A stretch of DNA of 32,000 bases, from positions 75,116 through 107,115 of the forward strand of contig CACLUR010000002.1 of the NCBI GenBank assembly GCA_902610175.1, in the 5' to 3' direction. Of the stretch, positions 1-12,758 are shown piece by piece. Numbering within the stretch: the first letter of the stretch is position 1; each line of letters opens with the position of its first letter. Made by a program: the position numbers and the translations under genes. Under the pieces are notes generated by a model, which was given only the letters and a program-made list of their open reading frames with translations, made no database searches and was not told the origin of the DNA. Source of the DNA: an uncultured Alphaproteobacteria bacterium. Its GTDB lineage: Bacteria > Pseudomonadota > Alphaproteobacteria > HIMB59.

Positions 1-3000
1 ACTGATGGTCACTTTTAGACTAATAATATGGGATATCAATGAAGAAACTGAGGAAAAATCACTAAGAGATATCAAAGAACAAGTTGTTTATTTAGGCGAT
101 TTACCTTTGATGACAAATAATGGTACTTTTGTTGTTAACGGAACTGAAAGAGTTGTTGTAAGTCAATTACATAGGTCTCCTGGTGTATTTTTTGATCATG
201 ATGAAGGTAAAACTCATGCAAGTGGTAAGGTGTTGTATAATGCACGAATAATCCCTTATAGAGGTTCTTGGTTAGATTTCGAATTTGATCATAAAGATAA
301 TCTCTTCTTCAGAATTGATAGAAAAAAGAAAATGATATCAACCACTATTTTACAAGCATTACCATCAATGGCTTCAGAAAATTATTTACAAGAATGTAAA
401 CAAAATAATGTTGAGCCAGATATATACAAAGTTTCGGGAATGACGTCAGAGGAAATTTTAACATACTTTTATGAGACTTTTAATTTTAAGAAAAATAAAG
501 ATGGATGGATTGTTAATTTAGACTTAAACAAATTTAAATATAAAAATCTTCCATTTAATTTGGTAGACCCAAATACTAATGATGTAATTGCCCACAAAGA
601 TGTAAAGTTATCTTTAAAATTACTCAAAGAAATAAAGGATAAAAAAATAAATAAATTCTTTTTCAAGCAAGAGGATTTATATGGTTTTTATTTATCAAAC
701 GATATTGTGAATTTTGATAATGGGTTAGTTTATGCAGAGGCAGGTACTTTATTAAGTGAAGAATTTTTTAAAAGACTTGAGGAGCTGTCTATTAATCAAT
801 TCTCTGTTATAAATGCTAATCAAGCTACTGGTAACCTAGGTGTAATTAATTCACTTGTAGCTGATAAAAATAATTCTAGAGAAGAAGCTCTTTTTGATAT
901 TTTTAAAATTTTAAGACCAGGTGAACCCCCAACATTGGAAGCAAGTAACTTTTTATTTCAAAATATGTTTTTTAGTGAAGATAGATACGATTTATCTGAA
1001 GTAGGTAGGGTGAAATTAAACACTTATTTATCTTTAAATAAGGATAATAAAACAAGAATTTTAAGTAAATCAGATATTCTAGCTGTCGCGAAAAAACTTT
1101 TTGATATGAAAACAGAGAGTGCTGGTAAAGATGATATAGACCATCTAGGAAATAGGCGTGTACGGTCAGTTGGAGAGTTAATTGAAAACCAATATAGAAT
1201 TGGATTAGTAAGAATGGAGCGAGCAATTAGAGAAAAAATGGGAACTGTTGATATTGAGTCGATAATGCCCCAAGATCTTGTTAACTCCAAACCAATACAA
1301 ACTGTCTTGAAAGAATTTACTGGAACAAGTCAACTAAGTCAGTTTATGGACCAGACAAATCCATTAAGTGAAATTACCCACAAAAGAAGAATTTCTGCAT
1401 TAGGTCCAGGTGGTCTTACCAGAGAGAGAGCAGGATTTGAGGTTAGAGATGTCCACACCACTCACTATGGTAGAATATGCCCAATTGAAACACCTGAAGG
1501 TTCTAACATAGGTCTCATAAACAGTCTTTCATCTTTTGCTAGAATTAATCAATACGGTTTCATCGAAACACCCTATAGAAAAATAGTTAAAGGCACCGTA
1601 ACCAATGAGGTTCTATATTTGAATGCTGACGAAGAGGAGAATTACACAATAGCTCAAGCAAATAGCCCTCTTAATGAAAATGGTAAATTTACTGAAGAAC
1701 AAGTCAGCTGTAGAAGAAGAGGTGATTTTATATTCTGTGATCCCTCTGAGATAGATTTCATGGATGTAAATCCTCAACAATTAGTCTCTGTTGCCGCATC
1801 TTTAATTCCCTTCTTGGAAAATGACGATGCTAATAGGGCGTTAATGGGATCAAATATGATGAGACAGGCTGTTCCTCTCGTCAAAAGTGAAGCCCCTCTT
1901 GTTGGTACTGGATTTGAGTCAAAAGTAGCAAGAGACAGTGGCGCTGTTGTTGTAGCTAAAAATAGTGGTTATGTTCATCAAGTTGACTCATCAAGAATAG
2001 TTATTAGGTCAGACTCCAAAAATATCAGTAAAGATAAAAGCGGAGTTGATATTTATAATTTAAAAAAGTTTCAAAGGTCTAATCAAAGCACTGCAATTAA
2101 CCAAAAACCAATTGTCAAAATAGGCGATTATGTTGAAAGAGGAGATATCATAGCCGATGGTCCTTCAACTGATTTAGGTGAATTAGCTTTAGGAAGAAAC
2201 CTTCTTGTAGGTTTTATGCCATGGAATGGATACAACTTTGAGGACTCTATAATAATGTCCGAAAGAGTTGTTCATGAAGATAGGTATACTTCAATTCACA
2301 TAGAGGAATTTGAAGTTCTATGTAGAGATACTAAACTTGGTCCCGAAGAAATAACACGAGACATGCCAAATGTTGGAGATGAAAGCATCACTAATCTTGA
2401 TGAAGCAGGTATTGTTTATATTGGTTCCGAGGTTAAACCGGGAGATATACTTGTTGGAAAAGTTTCCCCTAAAGGAGACTCACCTATCACACCAGAAGAA
2501 AAATTGTTAAGAGCTATTTTCTCAGAGAAAGCAGCCGATGTGAAAGATACATCATTAAGATTACCAACCGGATACTCTGGCGTTGTCGTTGATGTCCAAG
2601 TTTTAGTTCGTAGAGGTGTTGAAAAAGATGAAAGAACAATAGCTATCGAGAGAGTTGAGATAGATAGATTAGCTAAAGATAGAGACGATGAAAAAAATAT
2701 TTTAGAAAATAATTATAAACAAAATCTTATTAATATTTTTAAGAATAAAAATTCTAGTTCAACTATAGATGTATTTACAAAAGGAAATAAAATTGAAGAA
2801 GATACTTTGATATCAAAATCAATTGAAATTTTGGAAAAAATTCAAGTTGATGACTCTACTTCTATGGAAACATTCACTTCTCAAAAGAAAATCTTCAGTG
2901 ACGCTGTTATTTTATTAGATAAAAAGTTTCAAAATAAAATTGAAAAAATTCAAAGTGGTGATGACCTGTTACCTGGTGTTTTAAAAGTTGTAAAGGTTTT

Positions 3001-3904
3001 TGTAGCTGTAAAAAGAAAACTACAGGCAGGTGATAAAATGGCTGGAAGGCATGGTAACAAAGGAGTTATTTCTAAGATAGTACCAGTTGAAGATATGCCA
3101 TTTTTAGAAGATGGAACTCCTGTAGATGTTTTGTTAAATCCATTAGGTGTTCCAAGTAGAATGAATATTGGTCAAATACTAGAGACACACTTAGGATGGG
3201 CAGCCTATGGTATTGGTAAACAAATTTCCAGAAGCTTAGATATGGCTAAGAAAGAGGGTAATATAGTCCAGCTAAAAGAGTCTTTATCTAATTTTTATGA
3301 TCAGAATAAAGACTCCAATGTTGAAATTACAAAAATGAACGATGACCAGATTATTGAATTAGCAGGTAATTTAGAAAAAGGTGTAACTTTTGCTACACCC
3401 GTTTTTGATGGAACAAATACTCATGAAATTACCAATCTTCTAGACAAAGCTGGATTTGATAATAGTGGACAAGTTCATTTATATGATGGTAGATCTGGAG
3501 AGAGGTTTGAAAGAAAGGTAACTGTTGGTTACAAGTATATCTTAAAACTTCATCATCTAATTGATGATAAAATTCACGCTCGATCTATAGGCCCCTACAG
3601 TCTTGTAACACAACAGCCTTTAGGCGGTAAAGCTCAATTTGGTGGTCAAAGATTTGGAGAAATGGAGGTATGGGCATTGGAAGCATATGGTGCATCCAAT
3701 ACTCTTCAGGAAATTTTAACTATTAAATCTGATGACGTAGCCGGGAGAACTAAAGTATATGAAGCATTAATTAGAGGTGACTATAACTTTGAAAGTGGAA
3801 TACCTGAGTCATTTCATGTTTTAGTTAAAGAACTAAAATCTCTTGGATTGAATGTTGAATTAATAGAAACAGATCCCACAGCAAACAGGGAGGGCACACA
3901 ATGA
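1..3904 (+). CDS. rpoB: DNA-directed RNA polymerase beta subunit, 5'-partial (reading frame begins at base 2; N-terminal ~90 aa lie upstream of the window)
   Basis: The translation carries RpoB hallmarks: [66 protein letters not shown]. The frame is open from the first base. The TGA stop overlaps the rpoC ATG (ATGA at 3901-3904). Confidence 0.98.
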   Translation, partial: LMVTFRLIIWDINEETEEKSLRDIKEQVVYLGDLPLMTNNGTFVVNGTERVVVSQLHRSPGVFFDHDEGKTHASGKVLYNARIIPYRGSWLDFEFDHKDNLFFRIDRKKKMISTTILQALPSMASENYLQECKQNNVEPDIYKVSGMTSEEILTYFYETFNFKKNKDGWIVNLDLNKFKYKNLPFNLVDPNTNDVIAHKDVKLSLKLLKEIKDKKINKFFFKQEDLYGFYLSNDIVNFDNGLVYAEAGTLLSEEFFKRLEELSINQFSVINANQATGNLGVINSLVADKNNSREEALFDIFKILRPGEPPTLEASNFLFQNMFFSEDRYDLSEVGRVKLNTYLSLNKDNKTRILSKSDILAVAKKLFDMKTESAGKDDIDHLGNRRVRSVGELIENQYRIGLVRMERAIREKMGTVDIESIMPQDLVNSKPIQTVLKEFTGTSQLSQFMDQTNPLSEITHKRRISALGPGGLTRERAGFEVRDVHTTHYGRICPIETPEGSNIGLINSLSSFARINQYGFIETPYRKIVKGTVTNEVLYLNADEEENYTIAQANSPLNENGKFTEEQVSCRRRGDFIFCDPSEIDFMDVNPQQLVSVAASLIPFLENDDANRALMGSNMMRQAVPLVKSEAPLVGTGFESKVARDSGAVVVAKNSGYVHQVDSSRIVIRSDSKNISKDKSGVDIYNLKKFQRSNQSTAINQKPIVKIGDYVERGDIIADGPSTDLGELALGRNLLVGFMPWNGYNFEDSIIMSERVVHEDRYTSIHIEEFEVLCRDTKLGPEEITRDMPNVGDESITNLDEAGIVYIGSEVKPGDILVGKVSPKGDSPITPEEKLLRAIFSEKAADVKDTSLRLPTGYSGVVVDVQVLVRRGVEKDERTIAIERVEIDRLAKDRDDEKNILENNYKQNLINIFKNKNSSSTIDVFTKGNKIEEDTLISKSIEILEKIQVDDSTSMETFTSQKKIFSDAVILLDKKFQNKIEKIQSGDDLLPGVLKVVKVFVAVKRKLQAGDKMAGRHGNKGVISKIVPVEDMPFLEDGTPVDVLLNPLGVPSRMNIGQILETHLGWAAYGIGKQISRSLDMAKKEGNIVQLKESLSNFYDQNKDSNVEITKMNDDQIIELAGNLEKGVTFATPVFDGTNTHEITNLLDKAGFDNSGQVHLYDGRSGERFERKVTVGYKYILKLHHLIDDKIHARSIGPYSLVTQQPLGGKAQFGGQRFGEMEVWALEAYGASNTLQEILTIKSDDVAGRTKVYEALIRGDYNFESGIPESFHVLVKELKSLGLNVELIETDPTANREGTQ

Positions 3905-6900
3905 AAGATTTAACTAACTTATTTAAAACTAATAATCAAACTCTCAATTTTGATCAGATTAAGATTTCAGTTTCAAGTCCTGAGCAAATAAGGTCATGGT
4001 CTTTTGGTGAAATCAAAAAACCAGAGACTATTAATTACAGAACTTTCAAACCTGAAAGAGAAGGCTTGTTTTGTGCAAGAATTTTTGGACCTACAAAAGA
4101 TTACGAGTGTTTGTGTGGAAAATATAAAAGAATGAAATTTAAGGGAATTACTTGTGAAAAATGTGGTGTCGAAGTTACACTTTCTAAAGTTAGAAGAGAG
4201 AGAATGGCACATATTGAGCTTGCAGCTCCAGTTGCTCATATTTGGTTCTTAAAATCATTACCTAGTAGAATTGGGCTTGCTCTTGATATAACGCTCAAGA
4301 ACCTAGAAAAAGTTTTATATTTTGAAAGCCATATTGTAATTGACCCTCTAATGTCTGGTTTAAGCCAAAATCAACTACTCACAGATGAAGAATTAGAGGA
4401 AGCCATTGATCAATTTGGTGAAGACTCCTTCAAGCATGGAATTGGAGCAGAGGCTGTTCAAGAAATTCTATCTAAAATTGATTTAGAAGCTGAAATAGAA
4501 ACATTAGTTGAGGAAAGTGAGGCTACTTCATCTGAAACTAAAAAGAAAAAAATTTTAAAAAGAATGAAAGTTATGGAAGGCTTTAAAAACTCTAACATAA
4601 AACCTGAGTGGATGGTTTTAAAAGTACTTCCTGTTATCCCACCAGAGTTGAGACCTCTTGTACCTTTGGAGGGTGGGCGTTTTGCAACATCTGATTTAAA
4701 CGACTTGTATCGTAGAGTTATTAATAGAAATAACAGGTTAAAAAGACTTTTAGATTTAAGAGCCCCAGACATTATTGTTAGAAATGAAAAAAGAATGCTC
4801 CAAGAGTCTGTTGACGCTCTTTTTGATAATGGAAGAAGAGGAAGAGTTATTACAAGTACCAATAAAAGACCTCTAAAATCTTTATCTGAAATGTTAAAAG
4901 GTAAACAGGGTAGATTTAGACAAAATTTATTAGGTAAAAGAGTTGACTACTCTGGTCGATCAGTAATTGTCGTGGGGCCAGAATTGAAACTCCATCAATG
5001 CGGACTACCTAAAAAAATGGCCTTAGAACTATTCAAACCATTTATCTATAACAAACTTGAGTCTTATGGTTTTGCCTCAACTCTTAAATCTGCAAGAAAA
5101 ATGGTAGAGTCAGAGAGACCAGAAGTTTGGGACATACTCGACGAAGTAATTAGAGAACATCCAATTCTTTTAAATAGAGCACCCACGTTACATAGATTGG
5201 GAATTCAAGCATTTGAACCAATTTTAATTGAAGGCAAAGCAATACAACTACATCCACTAGTTTGTACAGCATTTAATGCTGATTTTGATGGTGATCAGAT
5301 GGCAGTTCACATACCTTTAAGCCTTGAGGCACAATTAGAAGCAAGAGTTTTAATGATGAGCACAAATAATATTCTATCACCCTCAAGTGGAAAGCCTATT
5401 ATTGTTCCAAGTCAAGATATAGTTTTAGGGATTTACTATTTATCGTTAATTAATGAAAAAGAAGAGGCAAAGAAATATTATTCACACGTAGGAGAAGTAG
5501 AATTTGCATTGGAAAATAAAACAATAGAGCTACATACACCTATTTTATACAGGACTAAAATATATAATTCTGAAACTGATAGCTTTGAATACAAAAAATA
5601 TACTACCTCTGCTGGCAGAGTTATGCTTTTTAAGACAGTTCCTGAGAACAAAAATTTACCTTTTGATGTAATTAATAAAGTTTTGACAAAAAAGGATATA
5701 AGTAATCTTTTAGACAATGTTTACAGATTTACAGGCCAAAAGGCGACCTGCATATTTGTTGACCAAATCATGAACGTAGGTTTTAAGTATGCTGCTAAAG
5801 CAGGTATTTCATTTGGAAAAGATGACTTAGTTATTCCAGAGGAAAAGAATGTTTTAATACAAGATACGCAAAAACAAGTAAATAGCCTTGAAAATCAATA
5901 TCAAGAAGGCCTCATTACCGAAAGAGAAAAATATAATAAAGTTGTAGGTTTATGGTCAACTTGTACTGACAAGGTTGCAAAGGCAATGATGAAAACCGTT
6001 TCATCAAATAAAGATAGCCAAATTAACTCTGTATATATCATGGCGGACTCTGGTGCACGTGGCTCTGAGGCTCAGCTAAAGCAGTTGGCGGGTATGAGAG
6101 GTTTGATGGCAAGACCATCAGGAGAGATTATTGAAAATCCAATTACATCTAACTTTAAAGATGGCCTGACAGTTCTTGAATATTTTAACTCTACTCACGG
6201 TGCTAGAAAAGGTTTAGCTGACACTGCTCTTAAAACTGCAAGTTCAGGTTATTTAACTAGAAGACTAGTTGATGTCGCTCAAGATTTAACAATTACATGT
6301 AAAGATTGCACATGTAAAAATGGTTTAACTGTTGACACTATTTATGAGTCTGGTGAGGTTTCTATACCTTTGACTGAAAGAGTTTTTGGTAGATATCTTG
6401 CCGATGATGTCAAAAACAAAAAAGGTGATGTGATCATAAAAAATGATTCCTACATTTCACACGAAGAAATTGAATTATTAGAAAAAGAAAATATTACATC
6501 TGTTAGAATTAAATCACCAATCACTTGTGGAACAACACATGGTATTTGCGCCAAATCTTATGGAAGAGATTTAGCTAAAGGAGTACCTGTAAATACTGGC
6601 GAAGCAGTTGGTATTATTGCAGCTCAGTCAATTGGTGAGCCTGGCACTCAGTTAACAATGAGAACATTCCACGTTGGAGGTGTTGCTAGTTCTTCTGCTG
6701 AAAAGTCAAATTTTGAATCACCAAGCGATGGTAAAGTTAAAATTAAAAATCTTAAATCTGTCGTTAATGGATCTGGAAATGAAATTATCATCAATAGAAC
6801 CACTGAGCTTGAAATATTTGATAATAATAAAACTCTAGTTTCTTCATTTAGAGCGCCATATGGATCGACTTTATTGGTAAAAAACGGTGCAGATGTTAAG

Positions 6901-8013
6901 CTTAATAGTTTATTACTTGAATGGGATCCATACACTGTTCCGATAGTTGCCGAAGAAACTGGAAAATTAGATTTTAGTGATTTAGTTGAAGGTGTATCTT
7001 TTATAGAAAAGTTTGATGAGACTACCGGTATTTCCTCTAAAGTTATAATCGATTGGAAAAGTTTTCAGGGAAAACAAGATCTTAAACCACAGTTATTGAT
7101 AACTGACAAAGATGGCAATCCTATTAAATCAAAAAATTCATCTACATATGATTTAAGTGTTGGTATTGTTCTAAATATTGAAAAAGGAAAAGAAGTAACT
7201 GCTGGTGATGTAATAGCTAGAATTCCAAGAGCGTCCTCAAAAACAAAAGATATCACTGGTGGACTACCAAGAGTAGCTGATATCTTTGAGTCAAGAAAAC
7301 CAAAGAATCCTGCTGTTCTAGCAGAAATATCTGGAACAATTGAATTTGGAAAAGATATAAAAAGCAAAAGAAGAATTATTATTAATCCTGAAGAAGGAGA
7401 GCCTGTTGAGTTTTTAATTCCTAAAGGCACTTATATTTATTTTAATGAGGGAGATAAGGTAAATAAAGGTGACATGATTGTTGATGGCACTCCAGCTCCA
7501 ACAGATATTTTAAATATTCTTGGAATTGAGGCTTTAGCTGAATACATGGTTAGAGAAGTTCAAAAAGTATATCGTTTACAAGGTGTTTTAATTGATGACA
7601 AGCACATTGAGTGCATTACTCGTCAAATGCTACAAAAAGTTGAAGTTATCGATGCTGGTGACAGTGAATATTTAGTTGGTGACATAAAAGATAAAATTGA
7701 TGTCATAGAAAAGAATAATTCACTTAAAAAAGAAGGTAAGAAAGAGGTCAATTATAAAATGATGATCCTTGGAATTACAAAGGCGAGCCTTCAAACTAAT
7801 TCCTTTATTTCAGCAGCCTCTTTCCAAGAAACAACAAGAGTTCTTACTGAGGCAGCTATTAATGGAAAAGTTGATAAATTAACTGGCCTTAAAGAAAATG
7901 TCATTGTTGGTAAACTAATACCTGCTGGAACAGGCAACGTTATTAGAGCTCTGCGAAAAGAGGCCAAAATCCGCGATAATTCATTATTAAAACAGCTAGA
8001 AACTCCCAAATAG
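3901..8013 (+). CDS. rpoC: DNA-directed RNA polymerase beta' subunit
   Basis: 1370 aa. It has the zinc-binding CxCGKY...C..C motif near the N-terminus and the catalytic [12 protein letters not shown] motif. A trigger-loop insertion region typical of proteobacteria is present. Confidence 0.98.
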   Translation: MKDLTNLFKTNNQTLNFDQIKISVSSPEQIRSWSFGEIKKPETINYRTFKPEREGLFCARIFGPTKDYECLCGKYKRMKFKGITCEKCGVEVTLSKVRRERMAHIELAAPVAHIWFLKSLPSRIGLALDITLKNLEKVLYFESHIVIDPLMSGLSQNQLLTDEELEEAIDQFGEDSFKHGIGAEAVQEILSKIDLEAEIETLVEESEATSSETKKKKILKRMKVMEGFKNSNIKPEWMVLKVLPVIPPELRPLVPLEGGRFATSDLNDLYRRVINRNNRLKRLLDLRAPDIIVRNEKRMLQESVDALFDNGRRGRVITSTNKRPLKSLSEMLKGKQGRFRQNLLGKRVDYSGRSVIVVGPELKLHQCGLPKKMALELFKPFIYNKLESYGFASTLKSARKMVESERPEVWDILDEVIREHPILLNRAPTLHRLGIQAFEPILIEGKAIQLHPLVCTAFNADFDGDQMAVHIPLSLEAQLEARVLMMSTNNILSPSSGKPIIVPSQDIVLGIYYLSLINEKEEAKKYYSHVGEVEFALENKTIELHTPILYRTKIYNSETDSFEYKKYTTSAGRVMLFKTVPENKNLPFDVINKVLTKKDISNLLDNVYRFTGQKATCIFVDQIMNVGFKYAAKAGISFGKDDLVIPEEKNVLIQDTQKQVNSLENQYQEGLITEREKYNKVVGLWSTCTDKVAKAMMKTVSSNKDSQINSVYIMADSGARGSEAQLKQLAGMRGLMARPSGEIIENPITSNFKDGLTVLEYFNSTHGARKGLADTALKTASSGYLTRRLVDVAQDLTITCKDCTCKNGLTVDTIYESGEVSIPLTERVFGRYLADDVKNKKGDVIIKNDSYISHEEIELLEKENITSVRIKSPITCGTTHGICAKSYGRDLAKGVPVNTGEAVGIIAAQSIGEPGTQLTMRTFHVGGVASSSAEKSNFESPSDGKVKIKNLKSVVNGSGNEIIINRTTELEIFDNNKTLVSSFRAPYGSTLLVKNGADVKLNSLLLEWDPYTVPIVAEETGKLDFSDLVEGVSFIEKFDETTGISSKVIIDWKSFQGKQDLKPQLLITDKDGNPIKSKNSSTYDLSVGIVLNIEKGKEVTAGDVIARIPRASSKTKDITGGLPRVADIFESRKPKNPAVLAEISGTIEFGKDIKSKRRIIINPEEGEPVEFLIPKGTYIYFNEGDKVNKGDMIVDGTPAPTDILNILGIEALAEYMVREVQKVYRLQGVLIDDKHIECITRQMLQKVEVIDAGDSEYLVGDIKDKIDVIEKNNSLKKEGKKEVNYKMMILGITKASLQTNSFISAASFQETTRVLTEAAINGKVDKLTGLKENVIVGKLIPAGTGNVIRALRKEAKIRDNSLLKQLETPK

Positions 8014-8016
8014 ATG

Positions 8017-8045
8017 TTGACTATACTGAATACTATAAATATATT
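8017..8045 (+). promoter_or_regulatory. candidate sigma70-type promoter in the rpoC-rpsL gap: -35 TTGACT (8017-8022), 17-nt spacer, -10 TATATT (8040-8045)
   Basis: Read directly from the sequence. This is the only non-coding stretch (41 nt) between rpoC and rpsL. AT-rich DNA produces such matches by chance. Confidence 0.35.
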
Positions 8046-8054
8046 CTGCGAACT

Positions 8055-8429
8055 ATGCCGACCATAAATCAATTAGTTAGGAAATCTAGAGAGAAAGTCT
8101 CTAAGAGAAATAAAGTTCCTGCTCTTAAGTCATGTCCTCAAAAAAGAGGTGTATGCCTTAGAGTTTACACCACCACTCCTAAAAAACCTAACTCAGCTTT
8201 AAGAAAAGTTGCTAGAGTTAAGCTAACTAATGGTCAAGAAGTTACAGCTTACATTCCAGGAGAAGGACATAATCTTCAGGAACACTCTGTAGTGCTAATT
8301 CGCGGGGGAAGAGTCAAAGACTTACCAGGTGTAAGATACCACATAATTAGAGGTACTTTGGATACCCAAGGTCTTGAAAAAAGAAGACAACGTAGATCTA
8401 AATACGGTGCAAAAAGGCCAAAAAATTAA
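8055..8429 (+). CDS. rpsL: 30S ribosomal protein S12
   Basis: [10 protein letters not shown]...[14 protein letters not shown]...; 124 aa, canonical S12. Confidence 0.98.
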   Translation: MPTINQLVRKSREKVSKRNKVPALKSCPQKRGVCLRVYTTTPKKPNSALRKVARVKLTNGQEVTAYIPGEGHNLQEHSVVLIRGGRVKDLPGVRYHIIRGTLDTQGLEKRRQRRSKYGAKRPKN

Positions 8430-8438
8430 TATTAAACT

Positions 8439-8912
8439 ATGTCAAGAAGAAGAGCAGCAGAGAAAAGACAAGTATTACCAGATCCTATCTATAACAGCGT
8501 TGTTCTGAACAAGTTTATAAATGAGGTAATGGTAGGTGGAAAAAAAACAGTTGCCCAAAAAATAGTATATGGCGCCCTAGATATTATTAAAACAAACAAT
8601 CAAAGTGATGATCCGCTAGAGTATTTTCAAAAATCTATTAATAATGTTAAACCCTCTGTTGAAGTAAAATCAAGAAGAGTAGGTGGAGCTACCTACCAAG
8701 TACCAATGGAAGTTAGAAGCACTAGAGCTCAAGCATTAGCATTTAAATGGATATTAACTAATTCAAAAAAACGAAATGAAAAAACCCAAAGAGAGAGGTT
8801 AGCAAATGAACTAATAGATGCTTTTGAAAACAAAGGCAATTCTGTAAAGAAAAAAGATGAAGTTCATAAAATGGCAGAGGCTAACAGGGCATTCGCTCAT
8901 TATAGGTGGTAA
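8439..8912 (+). CDS. rpsG: 30S ribosomal protein S7
   Basis: 157 aa. [18 protein letters not shown]... and C-terminal [10 protein letters not shown] are typical of S7. Confidence 0.97.
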   Translation: MSRRRAAEKRQVLPDPIYNSVVLNKFINEVMVGGKKTVAQKIVYGALDIIKTNNQSDDPLEYFQKSINNVKPSVEVKSRRVGGATYQVPMEVRSTRAQALAFKWILTNSKKRNEKTQRERLANELIDAFENKGNSVKKKDEVHKMAEANRAFAHYRW

Positions 8913-8914
8913 AA

Positions 8915-10978
8915 ATGGATTTAAGTAAATATAGAAATATAGGAATTATGGCCCATATTGATGCGGGTAAAACCACAACTACCGAAAGAATTTTATACTA
9001 TACAGGAAAATCTCATAAAATAGGTGAAGTCCATGATGGTGCCGCAACAATGGATTGGATGGAACAAGAGCAAGAACGAGGTATAACAATAACTTCAGCT
9101 GCTACAACCTGTTTTTGGAATGATCATAGAATAAATATTATTGATACGCCTGGGCACGTTGATTTCACAATTGAAGTTGAGAGATCATTGAGAGTTTTAG
9201 ACGGCGCTGTAGCATGCTTTGATGGTGTTGCAGGAGTTGAACCACAATCAGAAACAGTTTGGAGACAGGCTGACAGATATAAAGTCCCAAGGATTTGTTT
9301 TTGTAATAAAATGGATAGACTTGGCGCAGATTTTGAAATGAACGTACAATCTATTAAAGATAGATTGGGAGCTAATCCTCTAGTTTTGCAAATGGCAATT
9401 GGAAAAGAGGCAGATTTCAAAGGAGTTGTTGACCTAGTAAATTTTAAATCAATTATTTGGAAAGACGATAGTCTTGGTGCAGAATATGATGTTACTGATA
9501 TTAGCGATGATTTAATTGAGGAAGCTAAGAAAAAAAGAGAAGAACTAATTGAAAATGCTGTTGAAGCGGATGATAAAGCATTAGAGGACTATCTTGAGGG
9601 AAAAGAAATATCTGTTGATACTTTAAAAGCTTGTATAAGAAAAGGTACAATTGATTTTAAATTTGTTCCTGTTTTGTGTGGAACTGCTTTTAAAAATAAA
9701 GGTGTCCAACCATTACTTGATGCTGTTGTAGATTATTTACCTTCCCCAAAAGATATAGGTTTTGTTGAAGGAATTAAAGAGGGATCAGATGATAAATTAC
9801 AAATTCCTAATACTCCTGAAGAACCTTTTGCAGCCTTGGCGTTTAAAGTAGCAGCCGATCCTTTTGTTGGTCAAATAACTTTTTGTAGACTTTATTGTGG
9901 AAACCTAAGTTCAGGATCAACCATACTTAACTCATCAAAGAATCAAAAAGAAAGAATTGGAAGAATGCTTTTAATGCACTCAAACACTAGAGAAGAAATT
10001 AAAGATGCAAAGGCTGGAGATATAGTTGCTTTAGTTGGTTTGAAGAATGTCACCACTGGTGATACTTTATGTGATCCATCAAAAAAAGTTATTCTAGAAA
10101 AAATGGAATTCCCTGATCCTGTTATTGAAGTTGCAGTTGAGCCTAAAACAAAAGCTGACTATGAAAAAATGGGACAAGCCTTAGGAAGGTTAGCTCAAGA
10201 GGATCCAAGTTTTAGAGTTACTTCAGACGAAGAGTCTGGACAAACAATTATTAAAGGCATGGGTGAGCTTCATTTAGAAATTTTAGTTGACAGAATGAAA
10301 AGAGAATTCAAAGTCGAAGCAGATGTTGGCGCCCCTCAAGTGGCATATAGAGAGACAATCACTAAAGACGTCGAAGTAGATTATACTCATAAAAAACAAT
10401 CTGGTGGTGCTGGCCAATTTGCAAGAGTAAAAATGAAATTCAAACCATTAGAGAGAAATTCTGGTGTTAAATTTGTTAACACTGTAGTGGGAGGAAATAT
10501 TCCAAAAGAATATATTCCTGGAGTAGAAAAAGGTATCAATTTTGCCGCTCAAAATGGAGTTATAGCTGGCTATAACGTTATAGACTTTGAAGCAGAGGTT
10601 CATGATGGTGCTTTCCATGATGTTGACTCATCTGTATTGGCATTCGAGATAGCTTCAAGAGCTGCATTTAGAGAAGCTGTCGGGAAAGCTGGACCAAAAT
10701 TACTTGAGCCAATGATGAAAGTTGAAGTAGTCACCCCAGAAGATTATATGGGTGATATTATTGGTGATTTAAATTCAAGAAGAGGTCAAATAGAAAAAAT
10801 GGAAGACAGAGGTAATGCCAAAGTGGTATCGTCTGTAGTTCCTCTTGCTAATATGTTTGGTTATGTTAATAATCTACGCTCCATGAGTCAAGGTAGAGCA
10901 AGTTATACAATGTTATTTTCACACTATGATGTCGTACCTTCAAATGTTGAAGAGGAAATTAAATCTAAACTGGCATAA
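8915..10978 (+). CDS. fusA: translation elongation factor G
   Basis: It has the G-domain motifs [17 protein letters not shown] and NKMD. I prefer the ATG at 8915, which is preceded by AGGTGG at 8904-8909, over the track's GTG at 8906 that would overlap rpsG. Confidence 0.96.
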   Translation: MDLSKYRNIGIMAHIDAGKTTTTERILYYTGKSHKIGEVHDGAATMDWMEQEQERGITITSAATTCFWNDHRINIIDTPGHVDFTIEVERSLRVLDGAVACFDGVAGVEPQSETVWRQADRYKVPRICFCNKMDRLGADFEMNVQSIKDRLGANPLVLQMAIGKEADFKGVVDLVNFKSIIWKDDSLGAEYDVTDISDDLIEEAKKKREELIENAVEADDKALEDYLEGKEISVDTLKACIRKGTIDFKFVPVLCGTAFKNKGVQPLLDAVVDYLPSPKDIGFVEGIKEGSDDKLQIPNTPEEPFAALAFKVAADPFVGQITFCRLYCGNLSSGSTILNSSKNQKERIGRMLLMHSNTREEIKDAKAGDIVALVGLKNVTTGDTLCDPSKKVILEKMEFPDPVIEVAVEPKTKADYEKMGQALGRLAQEDPSFRVTSDEESGQTIIKGMGELHLEILVDRMKREFKVEADVGAPQVAYRETITKDVEVDYTHKKQSGGAGQFARVKMKFKPLERNSGVKFVNTVVGGNIPKEYIPGVEKGINFAAQNGVIAGYNVIDFEAEVHDGAFHDVDSSVLAFEIASRAAFREAVGKAGPKLLEPMMKVEVVTPEDYMGDIIGDLNSRRGQIEKMEDRGNAKVVSSVVPLANMFGYVNNLRSMSQGRASYTMLFSHYDVVPSNVEEEIKSKLA

Positions 10979-10980
10979 TC

Positions 10981-11295
10981 ATGATAAATCAAAATATTAG
11001 AATAAGATTAAAGTCGTTTGATCATAGTATTTTAGATAGAAGTTCAATTGATATTCTTCAGACAGCTAAAAGAACTGGCGCTAAAGTAATTGGACCAATT
11101 CCCATGCCATCTAAAATTGAAAGAGTTACGGTAAATAAATCACCACATGTAGATAAAAAAAGTAGAGAGCAGTTTGAATTACGAACACACATTAGGATGA
11201 TGGATATCATTGAACCTACACCACAAACAGTTGATGCACTCATGAAGCTTGACTTAGCTTCAGGTGTTAATGTCGATATAAAAATAAAAAAATAA
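10981..11295 (+). CDS. rpsJ: 30S ribosomal protein S10
   Basis: 104 aa. [12 protein letters not shown] ... and [17 protein letters not shown] match S10. It starts 2 nt after the fusA stop. Confidence 0.97.
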   Translation: MINQNIRIRLKSFDHSILDRSSIDILQTAKRTGAKVIGPIPMPSKIERVTVNKSPHVDKKSREQFELRTHIRMMDIIEPTPQTVDALMKLDLASGVNVDIKIKK

Positions 11296-11301
11296 TTTAT
11301 T

Positions 11302-11907
11302 ATGATCATCAGCACTAAAATTGGCCAAACTTCATTTGTGAATGAAAATGGTACTAGAGTTTCTGCCACAGTTCTTGATTACAATAGTTGTGCTGTTGTT
11401 GGTAATAGAACTATGGATAGAGATGGTTATCTTGCAAATATTATAGGTTATCTTAAACCAAAAAAAATTAATAAACCTCAATTAAAAGAATTCAATAAAT
11501 TAAATTTAGAGCCAAAAAAAATAATTAAGGAACAAAGAATAAATACTGATGAGGAACTCCTAGAGGTTGGTTCTTTAATTGATCCTAAATTTAAAGTTGG
11601 TGATAAAGTTTCGGTACAGTCAAAATCAACTGGTAAAGGTTTTGCCGGAGCTATGAAAAGACACAATTTTAGTGGTATGAGAGCAACACATGGTGTTTCT
11701 ATTTCTCATAGAGCTCATGGTTCAACTGGTCAAAATCAGAATCCAGGTAAGGTGTTCAAAGGAAAAAAAATGGCTGGTCATTTAGGTGATCAATTAACAA
11801 CTACTAAAAATTTAGAGGTGCTTTTAATCGATCAAGATAAAAAATTAATATTTATCAAAGGATCTGTTCCTGGAAAAAATAAATCTATAGTGAAGGTTTT
11901 TAAATAA
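11302..11907 (+). CDS. rplC: 50S ribosomal protein L3
   Basis: 201 aa. It has the motif [26 protein letters not shown] and sits in the expected position in the S10 block. Confidence 0.95.
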   Translation: MIISTKIGQTSFVNENGTRVSATVLDYNSCAVVGNRTMDRDGYLANIIGYLKPKKINKPQLKEFNKLNLEPKKIIKEQRINTDEELLEVGSLIDPKFKVGDKVSVQSKSTGKGFAGAMKRHNFSGMRATHGVSISHRAHGSTGQNQNPGKVFKGKKMAGHLGDQLTTTKNLEVLLIDQDKKLIFIKGSVPGKNKSIVKVFK

Positions 11908-12474
11908 ATGTTTGAACAAATTACACTAAAAGATAAAAATATATCCGAAAAAGCTTTACATTTATCATTACAAAAAATCTATTCCCATAAACAAGGAAAT
12001 AATCATAGTCTTGATAGATCTGAAGTTGCTGGCTCAGGAAAAAAACTTTTTAAACAAAAAGGAACTGGAAATGCAAGAGCTGGTAACAAAAAAACTACTC
12101 AAAGAAGAGGTGGGGGAAAAGCTTTTGGGCCAAAATTTCACGTGGTCTCCTATAAAGTTAATAAAAAAGTCAAAAAAAGCGCTATAGTTTCATCAATAGT
12201 TACCAAAAGTAATAATAAATCACTCTATGTTTTTGATGAGGAAAAATTAGATGAAAAAAATATCTCTGATTTGTTAAAAAAAAACCCAAACAAAATGATT
12301 ATTTTTGTTCTTAGTAATTTAATTGAAAATAAATTGATTATTAAATTTCAAAACTACAAAAAAATATACTTTCTCTCAGATAAAAGTTATTCAGTCCATA
12401 CAGCATTAAAATCAGATATGGTTTTATTTTCAAAAAAATCATCAATTTATAATTCATACATAGGTAATAATTAA
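11908..12474 (+). CDS. rplD: 50S ribosomal protein L4
   Basis: 188 aa. It has the KQKGTGNARAG....RRGGG.AFGPK motif. Its ATG directly abuts the rplC TAA. Confidence 0.94.
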   Translation: MFEQITLKDKNISEKALHLSLQKIYSHKQGNNHSLDRSEVAGSGKKLFKQKGTGNARAGNKKTTQRRGGGKAFGPKFHVVSYKVNKKVKKSAIVSSIVTKSNNKSLYVFDEEKLDEKNISDLLKKNPNKMIIFVLSNLIENKLIIKFQNYKKIYFLSDKSYSVHTALKSDMVLFSKKSSIYNSYIGNN

Positions 12475-12475
12475 A

Positions 12476-12757
12476 ATGGATCTTAACTTAATTAAAAAAC
12501 CTGTCATTACAGAAAAGTCTACATCTAATGCTCAATTTAATAAGTACATTTTTGAAGTCCGAAACGATGCAAATAAAATTAATATAAAAAAGACAATAGA
12601 AGACATATATAAAGTTAAAGTTCAAAAACTAAATAGTTTAAATGTTAAGAGCAAGCCCAAAGTATTTAAGGGTCAAAGAGGTACAAGATCAGAGCTTAAA
12701 AGAATAATTGTAACTCTTAAAGAGGGCAACACCATAGATATGAGTGGTAAGGTATAA
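12476..12757 (+). CDS. rplW: 50S ribosomal protein L23
   Basis: 93 aa. The N-terminal I.KPVITEKS and its position between rplD and rplB fit L23. Confidence 0.93.
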   Translation: MDLNLIKKPVITEKSTSNAQFNKYIFEVRNDANKINIKKTIEDIYKVKVQKLNSLNVKSKPKVFKGQRGTRSELKRIIVTLKEGNTIDMSGKV

Positions 12758-12758
12758 T

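Noticed and set aside
2650-2980. Lys/Asn/Ile-rich, poorly conserved stretch in rpoB that looked like a possible inserted element or intein.
   Set aside because: It sits where proteobacterial RpoB carries its lineage-variable dispensable insertion (SI2 region). It is in frame, has no intein splice motifs, and is flanked by normal conserved blocks.
4458-4862. 134-aa ORF antisense to rpoC. Similar antisense ORFs occur at 3994-4239, 5478-5717, 6648-6935, 7065-7430 and 7791-8072.
   Set aside because: Each lies entirely inside the strongly supported rpoC frame. They have low-complexity, Leu/Ser/Phe/Lys-rich composition typical of shadow ORFs in AT-rich DNA. None has a recognisable motif or start context.
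6690-7255. Long non-universal segment in rpoC between FHVGG and [11 protein letters not shown].
   Set aside because: It corresponds to the trigger-loop sequence insertion (SI3-type) that is normal for proteobacterial beta'. It is not foreign DNA.
8906-8914. N-terminal extensions in the ORF track: fusA from GTG 8906, rplB from GTG 12744, rplN from 15646, the DUF2155-like gene from 30305 and PMM from TTG 26724.
   Set aside because: The extensions overlap the upstream genes and add residues absent from the canonical N-termini ([11 protein letters not shown]..., MGLITYKPT..., MIQAESNLQ...). Downstream ATGs fit better. The DUF2155-like start remains ambiguous.
11058-11369. 103-aa minus-strand ORF spanning the rpsJ/rplC junction. 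Other minus-strand ORFs lie inside rpoB, fusA, rplC, rplB, rpsS/rplV, rplP, rplN, rpsE, secY, adk and rpoA.
   Set aside because: These are shadow ORFs opposite highly conserved ribosomal and core genes, with no family resemblance.
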